64,000 bases of DNA from Lingula anatina. Its lineage: Eukaryota > Animalia > Brachiopoda. Numbering within the stretch: position 1 is the first letter of the stretch; each line of letters opens with the position of its first letter. Under the pieces are notes generated by a model. The model saw nothing but the letters and a program-made list of their open reading frames with translations, did not search any database and was not told the origin of the DNA. This document shows positions 22,165-35,369 of this stretch, one piece after another. Position numbers and translations under genes: made by a program. The stretch is from contig CM120640.1 of the NCBI GenBank assembly GCA_051362555.1, forward strand, positions 63,528,788 through 63,592,787, given 5' to 3'.

Positions 22165-25100
22165 TTAAACAATAGTAAACATGGCCTCTAAGACATTGGA
22201 TGGAGCATGTGTGAACTGGTTAGGTTGCTGACCCCCTGCATACACCTTAATTCGACCTGGAAGACAGAAATTTTTCTTGTTAAACACTGAAAATTGAAAA
22301 TGTTTGAAAATAAATAATCAAACTCCCTATCCCTATTCTACCACTTCCCCAGGGGTCAGTCTATCATTAAAATACATCTGTGAAAAAGAGTCAGTATGAA
22401 GATGTAAGTTACATGAGAACATCATTAGCTACTATTGTGTACCATCCATTACTGTTATTATGTAAAAATGTTTTTTTTTTCATCAATAGAATAATCTGAG
22501 ATAATTCCAAGTGAAGCAAGTCCCTTGGCTACCTATACCTTTATACAATGCTATCAAATTATGTGTTGAAAAGAAAAGTTAAATTATGACAATGAAGAAA
22601 AACTCCATCATATTCCTATGGATAATGTCTGCTACCATTGATCTGACATGAATAGACCACTCGGGGAAAATCTGTGCGCAAATATTCATTACCTGGTTCA
22701 ACTACGCAAATATTCATTACCTGGTTCAACTACAAATCCCTTATTGTCCTCCCACACTGCCATTTGTTCTGCTGTGATGACAAACTTGTGTGTGACTGTC
22801 TGGCCCTTTTGTATATTGACTCTAGCAAAGCCAGCTAACTGATATCTGGGGACAACGACCTTGGCATCCATCCACATTATGTATATTTGAATAACCTGGA
22901 ATTTCCATCAATATTGCTTTTAACCAAAAGTGAAGTCATTTCTTTGACAAACATATTCATTCCAATTTCTCAGTTTCCTTTTACCTGGGATCTACCTGAC
23001 AGAAAAATAACCAGGACCCACCTGGTGGGTCCCAGTTTTTACCTATCTTACCTTTTTTCTATACAGAAATATGTAACTGCAAGAAGGTATTTCCAATATA
23101 TTTCTGGTATTCTTGGCAATTGTCATTATCATCAGAATTGGTTTAAGTAATTTTACCTAAATGCTCATTACATATGAAGATTAAGGCTGTCACTGCACAC
23201 AATAGTCACTTCCTTTAAATTCATAAGCCTGAAATATGCACAAGGTTGACAATAACAAAAGTTCCATTTCAATTTAAATAAATATACATAGACATGTCTT
23301 TCAAATTGTCCTTGGTATTTTCCAACATCAAGAACATATGAACATCATTTACCTCATCTCCTGGTAAACTTCCAATATTTGTCACATTGACAGCAATAGT
23401 GGCATTATTTCCAGCTCTCACAGTCACTGGCACAATCAGGTCTGAGTACATGAACTCTGTATAAGAGAGACCATAGCCATAAGGGAAGAGAGGGTCACCT
23501 GGCCCAATCCAGTACCTGTATGTGCGCCCTATCATTGTATAATTTGTTATCGGTGGTACCTGAATATTAAAAACATTCTTAAATCACAAGTAAACTACTG
23601 AGCATTATTTTTTATAGTTTCATAGAATCATTAGAGGAAAGTGTTAGAAATATCTGGTCAAAAATTCAGTATCTACTCTATTAACCCTATAAAATATTAA
23701 TAACATTACACTCTTTTAATATACTAGCCAACATTAACAATTTACACACCCTACTGTATAACCCTTTAGAAATATTTCTCAATCACCTGTGCATCGTTAG
23801 CCGGCCACGTAGCAGGCAGCCTGGCTGCAGGATTACCATGAGCCCCTTGGTTCCACAACACCTGTATAATGGCATCACCTGCTGCCTGTGCTGGGTAGAA
23901 GCAAGCCAAAATGGCTGACACCTTGGAGCTCTCCTTTGCCCATTGCACATTCACAGGACCAGCATTGAAGAGCAACAGGATCACTGGCTTTCCACTAGCT
24001 GGGAAGATGAATATTTATCTCCTGTTTATCAACCAATGCCAAACTCAATATCAGGATACAGATATATCTATTCAAATCATAATTGTAATTCTTACATATG
24101 CTGACACATTAGCAAATCCATGTTGCCAGGATGGGTTGGATAGGGGCATTGGGGGGGGGGGGGGAACAATGACACATTTGCTGAAAGAAATGAGGTAAAT
24201 GTAAAATAGCAGATAAGGGCAATTCTACTACAATATATAGAGTACAAGAATGGAAAATCATTTGTTTTTGTCTAGTTTTGCTTGTTATACTGTTTTTAAG
24301 AGGGAGAAGGGTTACCTGAGAAGCTATTGCCCCCCCCCCCACATCTGCCATTTCTGAAGTCTTAAAAAAACACTGTATCCTAAAAATTAAGTGCTGTAAG
24401 TGAAATAAAAAACAGATCAGTTTTGATATACAAATATTTAAATTTCTATACATCATATTGTGCAAAGCAATTATCATTTAGAGTTTGAAGTTATAGCTGT
24501 GGTCACCTACCAATTCTGGTTGATTTTCACAGCAGTTAAGAGGATATTTATTTAATAATTTTACATTATTAGTAATTTTACATTATTATTATTAGTAACA
24601 TTATTTAAAAAATACCTGCAGAAGCAGCATCCATGATGAGCCTTGATTGGTTGCCTGGCAGCTCGAGACTACTGCGATCCTTGCCCTCTGCTTCTAAATT
24701 CCAACCTAAAATTTTCCAGGTAAATATGGCATACCAAATTCATTAAAACCTGGCCAAATGTATTAAATAAATATATGCAATAAAACCTTTCTTATGCTAT
24801 AACTTACTGTTAGATATTTTCATATTCCTAATTTCAATCATTTGATAGAAAAGTGATGAAGTTAACTTGTAAACATTATAAAACTAATAAAAAATATACA
24901 TCAAACTAATAAAAAAATAGTTACAAGTTTAAATGGGACTTTGCATGAACCATACAGAAATGAAACCATATTCAGGTCTAAAACAGTAAAAGCATCAAAG
25001 GAACCATACCTATTCCTGCACAAATCACCACTGCATCCACGTTTTGTGCTGCAGCATTGATGACTGCTGTTGGGTTGTAATTTGTGCATGGGTTGAGGTC

Positions 25101-28100
25101 ATCACATCCTTGGGCAAAGAATACCTGCAAAAGATAATGGAAAACTAATTTCATATGAAAAAAATAGAGCTGATTACAAATGCAAAATAAAATCTTGCAA
25201 TCAAATTCCTCAACTAAGGCAAAAACTATAGTGCATTTTTTATCTTAAAAAATTGCAATCATCAACCAGACAAATTACAAAACAAACAGGTGAACCAATA
25301 CTTAAAGGCGCTCACCTTTTGGGCCATGGTGGTCAGACCTTGTAGTGGGGACCTGAAGTATCGAGTGTCCACTGGGGCAGAGTAGTCTCCATAGATCTGA
25401 TATGAGGCATTGGCCATTGGGCCTATAATCTGACAAGAAAAGTACTCAAACTTTGTAGTGTAATGCTTATCCACAATGTAATCCATAAATCAATTAATAA
25501 ATTATAACACATTTTATATTGCCATATCAAGGAATTATATAACTAAAATACTGAGCTTTACATATCACTACAGAGTTCTACATATCACAATTACTGTCTG
25601 TGTATAAACAGTCCGGCACCTAAAAATTCTCAGCAAATGTGCATCTTGTTGTTTAACAAATACTTACTGCTACAGACTTTAGTACAGTTTGTAGGGGTAA
25701 TACACGTCCAGCATTCTTCAACAAAACAAAGGACTTGGCAGCTGCCTCCACAGCCAGATCTCTGTGTTCTCTGGACTCAACATAACTTAAGTCATATTTG
25801 CTGTATGGGACCATCTGAGGTGGGTCAAATTCCCCAAGTCTCATCCTTGTATAAAACAGAGGTTTGACCATTTGTGTCACTGTATCTTTTGTGAGCTTTC
25901 CTGCCTCTATGGCTTTCCCCATAGACATATACACAGCTGTGGCATTGAGATTTGGTGAAAGTTCTAAATTGGTTCCAGCATTGACACATGCTGCTACAGT
26001 GTCCACAGGGTTTTTAAGATACTTATGATATGATATTATGTTTTCAATTGCACCTTCATCACTGACAACATATCCTGTGAAATTCCATTCTTTCCTCAAT
26101 ATATCTGTAAGCAGTTTTTTGTTGGCACAAGTAGGAATCCCATTTAGTCTGTCAAATGAAAATGCAATTTAGTAAACAATTAGTTAGAAACATAATCCAT
26201 TTTATTTGTAGGTATATAATTATGTAATTCATTGTAGAGATTCTCCAAGAGAGAGAGAGGATTGCACCCTGTAGTGGTTCTAAAACAGAATAAGTTTTCA
26301 TCTTTAATTTCTTATTATCTTGCATTACTGTTACTCCTGCTATAAGGCTTATCTACATTAAAACCATGACAGATTAATCATATGTATTTAAAAACACTTT
26401 ATCAAATGTGGATATGAGTATAAGAACCTTAACCTGTTGTAGCTGCACATGACACTGTAAGAGCCTGCACCAACACAAGCCTTGAATGCAGGGAGGAAGG
26501 TTGTCCTGAAATCTCTCTCTGAAACCTATTCAAAAAAAAAAAAAAAAAAAAAGGAAAATAATATAGCAGTAATTAAGAAAAAAATGCCATGTTCAGGGCC
26601 ATTCAATCATACTACCCCCTTGATTTAACATCTCTTATCTTTCATAAAACTTTTTTTTGTCAATTGCATTCCATCAAATAAAGTTCAAGTAATGTGCATT
26701 GTTTATTTTCTTTCAACTTTTCATAATAAAAGCTGTTTTCTGAAAGAATGATTTAATTTTCCCTCTGTCTATTCTAATGCAAACTCTTGGCAAAACTCTT
26801 GATAAATTTGCTGCCTTGGTTCAAATCAAGAACAGATGCCCAAAAATATTAACTAGTAGAGAATTATGTGGTTCTTTAAGTCTTATTATCTATTAATTTT
26901 TTTTCAAAAACATAACCTAAAGGTCATTAATCAGAGAATGTTATTACTTTAAATATATCCTTTACCTTTGCATCAAACCCAAAGCGTGACACAGGTATAT
27001 TCTCTGGTCCACCATGGACGTCGAAATGTTTGCAGCAGGCATTAGCCAGAACATAGCGTGGGTCTTGTCCTTGTAAGCCATGGACAAAGTTTTGAGAATA
27101 CACACCAGAGAAATAGGGATCCTCTCCATAAGTTTCCTACAGTTTAATCAAAACAAAAGGTGTACATTAGCAAGCACTCCCAGCCACTCTATCCAACGTC
27201 AATATTAACACACATAAGGAAGTAATAGAGTAATTGCTAGTTAAACCCTGTTTCAACTCACAATTTTGATATCCAAAGGCTTATCTCATGTGATAATCAT
27301 CCCATTTTATGTTGGGCAATGGTTACTGGATTCATGATGCAGATATGATGACTAACCCATTAATGTCATACTTTTTTTAATATCAAAATTGTGAGTTGAA
27401 ACGGGGTTAAAATAACAATTTTTTATCACCTTAAGCACAGATGGACTTTTAAAGCATTTGACAAAATAAAAATGTTGCCATGACCCTAACTACATTACCA
27501 AATTTACTGTGAACTGAGAGGTAATCCTACTTATCACTGCTTTGAAGCCCACATTCTATTATTTGTAATATTCTCTTTCTTTTTACACAAGAGAAGACTA
27601 CACCAAAACTGGGAAATACTTTGAAAATGGATAATCTGTAACTGTCAGTAATAAACTAATTACTGGTTATTATTGAACCCTTTTTTTTCTAACCTGATTT
27701 CTTCCCCAATATGGATGCCTCATAATGTTTATCACAGGAGCAAAACAACTGATGCCAGTGTGGTCTCCGTAGTTCCCCTTCTTGATGTTATCATTGTACT
27801 TGGCTCTTGCCTCTGTGGCTGAAGCTCTGGCAACTCGAAATATCAGGTCTGTGCTGCAAATATATTTAAAACAGAAACTGTACTGACATTTTTGGTTTGG
27901 TATAGCTTTTTTTTTGTTATTGATTGTTTGAACTGAACAGTGTACCCTGTATCATATGGTACATCAGTAAACTGTGTGAAAATCCACATACACTATGAAA
28001 TCTACTGTAGTTAAAATATCCACTAAAATCTTCTCTAATAATTTAGGATTTTTAAAAAGATTTGTTGGTTGTTCCCTCATATGTAAAACAAGGAATCAAC

Positions 28101-28168
28101 ATACATCCATGGAGTTTACACAATGGTAAGATACTAGCTAGTACTGCTGGGGTCAACCCCCCCCCCCC

Positions 28169-28204
<36 letters not shown>

Positions 28205-28745
28205 AAAGAAAATTAATTTTAAAAACTTTAAAAAACATAAAACAAAGCAAAATCCTCCATCTGCTTGTTTCTTTTTTATTTCTACTAAATATGTTGTTGA
28301 TACACACATTCATTTATACATTTTTAAACACAGGTGTGTTTGGGGGTGGTTCTTTGTTTACTTTACGTTCACTATGTTGAAATTAATTACCAAAATCTAC
28401 GCTGCGCAATAAAATTCTCATAGCCTACCTAAATGCTGCAGCCAGTCCCAGAGCTTGGGGAAAAGTAGTAGCTGTGCCTCCATAACCTACCCCACGCAGG
28501 CACTCATTGTTCCATTGATGGGGGGCGATCCCCAGCCGAGGTATCGCCGGCGCAGGTCCTCCCGGTCCTGCGCCTCCTTTAGCCATTTGAAGAATAATCT
28601 CTTCCAATGTTAATCTGTCTACAAGATCGTTCACCCTATCTGCCCATGGCAGAGACGTGTTTCTAAATGGATAGTCGAACGTAAAAGATGCATAAAAATG
28701 AAATGTCACCAGGACAGCAACGAGCACCCTCCTTGCAACCGCCAT
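22165..28745 (-). CDS. Glycoside hydrolase family 3 beta-D-xylosidase-like protein (secreted or lysosomal), about 12 exons
   Basis: Signal peptide; YPFRNTSLPWADRVNDLVDRLTLEE, ATTFPQALGLAAAF, RHPYWGRNQETYGEDP, CKHF, VMCSYNR, GYVVSDEGA (nucleophile Asp), NPAARLPATW, GRTYRY..PLFPYGYGLSYT and an Fn3-like C-terminus; stop at 22165-22167. Confidence 0.93.
22678..22733. repeat. Exact 28-bp tandem duplication spanning a GH3 splice donor
   Basis: GCAAATATTCATTACCTGGTTCAACTAC twice in tandem. Confidence 0.95.
27245..27406. mobile_element. Intronic MITE with TTAA flanks (piggyBac-like ends)
   Basis: CCCTGTTTCAACTCACAATTTTGATAT / ATATCAAAATTGTGAGTTGAAACGGGG. Confidence 0.7.
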
Positions 28746-29051
28746 TTTCCAATCATGTGACTGGAGAATTTGACCTAATTTAGGTTTTCACCTGATCGGT
28801 TTTATTGGACTTACGATTGAACAACACGAGTAATAAAAACAGGAGTATTCGAAATATAGCCAGTAGTAACGTATCGCACGCACAATGAACAAAAATAATC
28901 TAATCTAAAACATTTAGGTCAAGGGGGATTCCAGTTAGTGACGTCACAACTGAGGGGATTCTCTAACCCAAATGTAAACAATGCACACGTGGAGAATTCT
29001 CACGGTACAGAATCAACAGATGATAAACCGGCATGTATCACCAAATTGACG
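28746..29051. promoter_or_regulatory. Bidirectional promoter between the GH3 and JmjC-KDEL genes
   Basis: Divergent ATGs about 306 bp apart; TGACGTCA (28939-28946), CACGTG (about 28985), ATTGG/CCAAT motifs, GGGGGATTCC (28923-28932). Confidence 0.65.
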
Positions 29052-32000
29052 ATGTTGAATATGGGGACACGTGCTAAGATATACGTGGCACTTGTTTTCT
29101 TTCGTTTCAGTTTTTGCTTTTGGGGTGTCAGTTGCGAAATAAGTGACAATAACTACAACGAACCAATAACCAAAGAAGTAAATGGCATCAAAAGCGAAGT
29201 ACACGGAAAAGAAGCGCAAAGTACTGTAAAACCATTCGGATCAGGTAAAAGGCAACGAGAGATTGAAACTCTAAAGGGGTTTCCAAAGCCCTCTGAATTT
29301 ATCAACGAATTTGTTACACCAAGTTCTCCTACCGTTTTCAAAGAAGCTGCCAAAAAATTTCCAGCTCATAAAAGATGGCAACGCGATAGCTATTTTCTTC
29401 AAAAGCCACAGTCTGCCACATTTTGGCTCGAGATGGACATGGAATCAGGTCTGAAAGATTTGACTACCTTTAAGAAGTTCCTGCAAACTTACCGGCAAAA
29501 TGAGTTGAAATTAATTGATGTCCTCCCTTCATATCTCCAGTAAGTGAATCAAAATACCTATATCAATTGTTGTTATGATTATTTTAGCAAAAATTTTCAT
29601 TGGCTTTGTAGTTGGATCATTATGAAAATTATCAAACACAAGCCAAAAAACTTTCATACCGTCAGCTTACAGCCAACCTGGATGTAGGCCTTCATCAGAC
29701 TGATGTGAGCAGATGTTGACACTCACTGACTGCAAGGTCTGCTCACATCAATCTGATGAAGGCCTACATGTACTGTACATCCAACGGTATGAAAGTTTTT
29801 TGGCTTGTGTTTGCTATTTGTTACTTTTCATTTATGATATTATTATTTTGTATACTATACATATGACCAATTGTAGAATTTTTATAAAAAATACAATTTA
29901 GAGATAGATAAAAGGGTATTAGTTAGCAAATTCTTTCTCATTTATTTCACATATTTTGAGGTTTACTCATTAGTGTATTTTCTTGAACATTTACTAGTAA
30001 AGATGTCCTCCTCCCTTCCTGTCTTCTTTGTGGGCCAATTTTAAAGCAGTTATCTAAGCATGTGAGTACAAAATAAGTAACAGAGGGACATGCTTTGTGG
30101 ATAATGTGTGAAACTTGTTAAGGTATTGTTAATTACGCATTGAATTAACTTTAAAAAGGCTACCTGATACAATTATTTTACCATACAAGTACACACAAAT
30201 TACAACTTGGGATGCAATTTTGTGATTGTAATTAGATATTACTGGCTTTTGAGCACAAATCCCTTGGGATTTGAGGATATTTTGCAATATGTCTTGTTAG
30301 ACAGTGTCTTGTTTAAGACTTCACTTTTACTTGAATAAAAGGCTTTTATAATGACAAATGATGAGGACAGAAGTCCAGTATTGTTGAGACAAGAGGAAGA
30401 CACCATTACCTGCCTCATCTCTGGGGACAGAAGTGAGTTCACACTGGTTAGTTCACCCAGGTTCAAAGATAAGGTTTGTTTCATTACTGTACACTTACAA
30501 TTATAACAATTTTCCAGTTATTTGCAAGAGTCACTGGATTTTAAATTTTCATAATAAATGAATAATGCTGTTCACATGTATAATTTTCACATGCGCAAAG
30601 GCATTTCCAGGACATTGCTGAGGGGGGTGGGGGTGCATGTGGATAATATTGCAGACACAGAAAAATTTGCCATAAAACAATGTAGGGGATGTGAAAATTA
30701 AGGGGAGAAGGGGTCAAATCAGACTGTGCCTCCCTGGACCTGCCATTGCACATCCTAACCAAGTTAAATTGTACACTTGAAATAATAACAATCTTGGTAA
30801 ATGAATAGTTCAGATTTATAACAATCAGTATAGACAGGCTATCTGGATGGAAAATGGCAAAATATCAATTGTTTGAAAAGATGGAATGTACACTGAGTAC
30901 ATTTTAAATTATGATCACACAACTAAATAGACAATTTCAGTGTAGAATATGTTTTTAGTTTCCTGCAGACTTGAGGAAGTTGGATGTCGAACAAGTCGAT
31001 CTGACCCAGTACCCAGGTTTAGCTGATGTTGAATATCATAAGGCAAATCTGACCGCAGGGGACTGTGTTTATATACCAGCTAAATGGTAATATAATCTGT
31101 TTATAATTAACAATCAATGCTCATGCTTGAGGCATCATTTCAGAAAAATTCAAGCTCTTCCAACCACACAAAGGTTTTCATGATCAAAACATTATCTACC
31201 ACTGACATCTTTATTTCTCAACTTTAACTGTGCCAAAACTTAAAAATTAGTTTATATTTAGACTGAGTGTACCAGTAGAGTGCTAAAAAATAGAAAGGGA
31301 ACATTTTGCTCCCACAGGAGGGCCAACACACATGGGCAGACACAGTCAACTTTAGTAATTACTCCTTCAAGTATAGATTGTTACACAGGGGCCATTCAGA
31401 ATGAGAAGAACCAAGTGCTGGCTGGTCCACAGCCTAAATTTGGCGTACCTACATGGAAGGAAGACTGCTTAATCCTGTAATGGTCTCTCCGCCTCTTTCA
31501 CGCCTCCCCACGCGTCGTCCCTCAACTGGTTGAATTGAGCGTGGATTTAATTACTGTGCTTCTGTAGAGAGGATGCGTGGGGAGGCATGAAAGAGATGGA
31601 GAGACCATTACAGGATTAAGCGGTCTTACTTTCATGTAGGTCCACCATATTTAGGCTGTGGACCAGCTACCACTTTCTCTCTTCTCATTCTGAATGACCC
31701 CATTAGGAGACCGTAAATGGGGTGGTTTTAACTAGACATACATACACCTACATATCTCCTTCAAGGTACTACCAAGTGAACAGTTTCAGCAGAACAACTG
31801 AGGTAGAGGTAACTTGGAGACGTCAGCAAAAGTCCACTCTGATGACAGAGAAGTCATGCAAATCCACCATTTCTGGTCCGCCCACACTGGACAAGTTCCA
31901 TTTTAATAATCTCTCTAGGCATGAGAACCACATGAAGCACAGAATTTTGTAAGCCCCACCCACAGCCTTTTTGTAACTAGCAGCAGTATAACATTATTTC

Positions 32001-34929
32001 TCTGAAGACTTTTAAAGATATATGTATTTGATACTGTAAGGGCCAGTTTAATTTTTAATATTTGTAAACATAAATAGCTTTCTATATGAAAGCTTATGTA
32101 AAACTGCTCATTTAGATAAATTTGGTATGTTGTAGGCACAATTTCATTGGTTTCCTGATACATGATGTAAGACTGACACTGAAGGAATTCATTGAAAAGA
32201 TGAAGAAAGTAAGAATGAATACACCCCTCTTGATAATATGAATATTTTAACGTATTGTATCTTTCTTTAGATAATTGTACATGCAGTTGTGAGCAAATTA
32301 AATGCTCAAATCAACATACATTTTAAAAGAAAAATATGTTCAACATAATAGAAAACATTTTCAATTCTTTTAGGACAAAATGCTAAAAAATATGACAGAG
32401 TGGAATGATGAATATGAAGATATAGCTAATGAGGTAGGGGAATTCTAAATATTTGAAGGAGATAATAACCTTTTTACTTTGAATTACACACCTCATGAAC
32501 TACAAGTATTTTCATTCACTTGCAAATAAATGATATATGCAGGTCCAAGTGTGTGGAATAAAAATAGCAATAATTTAATATATTCAGGAGGTATTTCTGA
32601 CATCAGTTTTAAACATATCAAACTTATTTGTGTAATTTTTGTTTAACAATAATGGACTCTATACCAACAGGTTTTTGATGTATTGAACTTGAATACAGAT
32701 GAAGTATTTTCTTTAGCAGACATAGATGCACTCACACCTTTGGTAAGTTTAGTTTTATATATCAAACCATGTAAAACTGTAAACGTATGTAATCTCCTGA
32801 TCAAACTACAGTTTAAAGTTAAAATTTGTATGTTCTTTAAATCTTAAATGCACTGTACTCAGGCCCGTAGCCAGCTATTTGAAAGGGGGGGTTCTTTTTC
32901 TGAAAAAGTGGACCTTTTACCATATAATCCCCATGTACCTAGGTCAAATTTTACCCAGAGTGGACCTTTTTCTAGCAAAAAGGGGGGTTCTTTCGAACCC
33001 CCCGAACCCCCCCTGGCTACGGACCTGGTACTGTTGTAGAAAAAATGAGAACTTTTTGAGGTATTGCATTGTACTCCTAAACAAAAATTGCATAAGTGCA
33101 CCTTTTATTAAAAATTGATACATGAATATTTTCTGTTTCAGGTGTATATAAAGCAAAATTTTCACCAAATTTATAGTTTAGGCCAAATAATCTGTAAATG
33201 AACAAATTTCCATTCCAAGGTAATTGACCAAAACATGTTCATTATTGAAATCTTTATTAAAAACTGAATTCATGTGATACCGTACACTATATAACATGTG
33301 ATCTCCACAAGAACATTGGTGAGCTACTATACAGTGTATTTACAGAGTCTTGAGCAAATGACAGGACTTCTTGAAGATCGAATGGCAGACTTTGAGGAGA
33401 TAATGCAAGACCAAAATGTAGCCAGCTCAGCCAAATCAATTGGGGTATTTTTTTTATTTAACGATATGTGCCAACCACTTTTAATTAATAAGTTGTGATC
33501 ATGTCATTACATGAAGGCAAATATCTTAGACAATTAAAATATACTTTCATAAATTGATAAGGAACTAAGACCAAGGTATAATTTGCCAAAGGCCGACAAC
33601 ATTGTTTAAAGTCAAACTGACACAAAAACAAATATAAAACATGAAATTCAGAATTTTTTCAGAATTGTTTTTAAAATCTGCATTTATTATTATTATTATA
33701 TGAAGAATCTCACTCTAATGTTCTTGCATGTAACTAGTTTGATATAAATGGAGGTTTTATAATGTGTGTTCCACAGGGTAAGTTATTTGACCAAGGAGCT
33801 TTGGCTAAACAAGAAGCACTTTTGAAGAAAATGATAAGAGAAGCAACATCCAAGATACAAGAATTCAAGAAGACAGCTCAAGCTATAGAAAAATCTATAC
33901 ATCAGTGTAAGTAACACATGGGGCATGACGATTTAAGAAAATTTGTAACAGCATCACTGAATACTAGTAAACAAAGTAGAACACCGAATTGGACAAGATA
34001 CAGAAAAAACATTCAAAAGTTAGTGCGTCAGTTTTATGTGCAGGTATCTAAAAACAATACTTATATTATTTGTGTACAGAATATGTTTTGTCAAGAAAGC
34101 AAAAATGCAAAACATAATCAAGAAAATCATTCTTTACATCATTCAAAATTTATATTTCCAGTTTAATATAAAAATTCTAATTTAACTGGAAAATGTATAA
34201 CCCTCCTGTAATTCTACGCCCTTCAACTTTTGAATTTTTTACATCATTTACTATTAAATAAAAATCATTTTATCACAATATTTTTTTTATAAAAAATAAC
34301 AGCAGAAGAAGAGATTAGACAAAAGGAAAAAGAGGCATCTGCAGCAGAACATAAAGATAGAAGTACTAACAAATCCAACAAATTTGGGGAAAAGGCAACA
34401 AAACCAGATCATAAGAAGAAAGATCATGAAGTTGCATATCAAACAATGGATGACAGTATTAAAGAAGGTGACTGACATATAATAATCTATACATGATTTG
34501 TTAGAAATATCAAATCTAAGACAGTAAAAAGTTTACTTTAAACAAAATTTTCCAGGTCATTTATTAAGCACAGTGAATACTGCAAACATGCATTTACTTA
34601 GCTACTAGAATATAATTTTTGCTGTTATAAGATATTATAATTTTGACATGAAGTTAATCTTAAACATGGTGCAGCAGAAGATAATTTGATTCTTTCCCTG
34701 ATTATAACACATTGCATTTCAAATACTCACACCAACTTTAGCCATTGAAGATGAAGAAGAAATTATTGCTGAACCTGACACAATAGAACCCACCACTAAA
34801 GCAGCCGAGACACCTGCAGAGAGTGGATCTTTAAACCAAAACCAGTCCAGTATGATCTCAGAGCAGAAAAATGTAAAAAAGAAGGACATTCATTCTGGTT
34901 CAGACAGGAATGTAAAAGATGAACTGTAG
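29052..34929 (+). CDS. ER-resident JmjC/cupin-like protein lacking Fe ligands, with EF-hand-like and coiled-coil regions and C-terminal KDEL; 12 exons
   Basis: Exons approx. 29052-29539, 29998-30061, 30342-30473, 30959-31086, 31766-31948, 32135-32207, 32374-32433, 32671-32742, 33346-33444, 33777-33906, 34303-34468, 34742-34929, phase-compatible. Signal peptide; KPFGS...GFPKPSEFINEFVTPSSPTVFKEAAK; DVEQVDLTQYPGLADVEYHKANLTAGDCVYIPAKWYYQV; ends NVKDEL*. Confidence 0.82.
29634..29812. repeat. Intronic palindrome containing CTGATGA motifs
   Basis: Outer arms AAACACAAGCCAAAAAACTTTCATACCGT / ACGGTATGAAAGTTTTTTGGCTTGTGTTT; inner arms ATGTAGGCCTTCATCAGACTGATGTGAGCAGA / TCTGCTCACATCAATCTGATGAAGGCCTACAT. 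Confidence 0.85.
31388..31701. mobile_element. Fold-back MITE with about 135-bp inverted arms
   Basis: GGGGCCATTCAGAATGAGAAGA...CTTAATCCTGTAATGGTCTCTCC / GGAGAGACCATTACAGGATTAAG...TCTTCTCATTCTGAATGACCCC. Confidence 0.85.
32860..33027. mobile_element. Short MITE (hAT-like CAG termini)
   Basis: CAGGCCCGTAGCCAG / CTGGCTACGGACCTG; GTACT on both flanks. Confidence 0.75.
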
Positions 34930-35369
34930 CCATTTTGCATCCAGTAACAAGTACATCTTGATGCTAGATTACAATTTACTTCATTTTGTGGTATTATTTA
35001 GAAAAACTAAATTTATGATACTACATCTGATTTGTGGCAATTTTTAATGGATTTTTAATGGAATAAAATATTTATTCTTTAGGTTATTCCCTGATACCAT
35101 GTTTGACTATGAATTTCTGTTTGTAGTTATATTTAAAAACATAAAGCAAATATAACAAGACAAGTATTAACTTACAGTTTTACAGTTTTAATGATTTTTA
35201 AAACCACTTAAGTTGCATAGAGAATTTTAATAAAAATAATGAAAACAACAACCTTAAAATATCACTTACTTAAAAACCATAAGCCATATTGGGCATTATA
35301 AATGAAAATTGGTGTTTGTTACTTGAAGACATGAAATGATGACTTAGGGAGTGTTCCCATAAACCCATT

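Noticed and set aside
28052-28412. Poly-Lys and poly-Phe ORFs
   Set aside because: Produced by C and A homopolymer runs within GH3 intron 1.
32848-33168. Four overlapping short ORFs
   Set aside because: All overlap the GC-rich MITE at 32860-33027 inside an intron.
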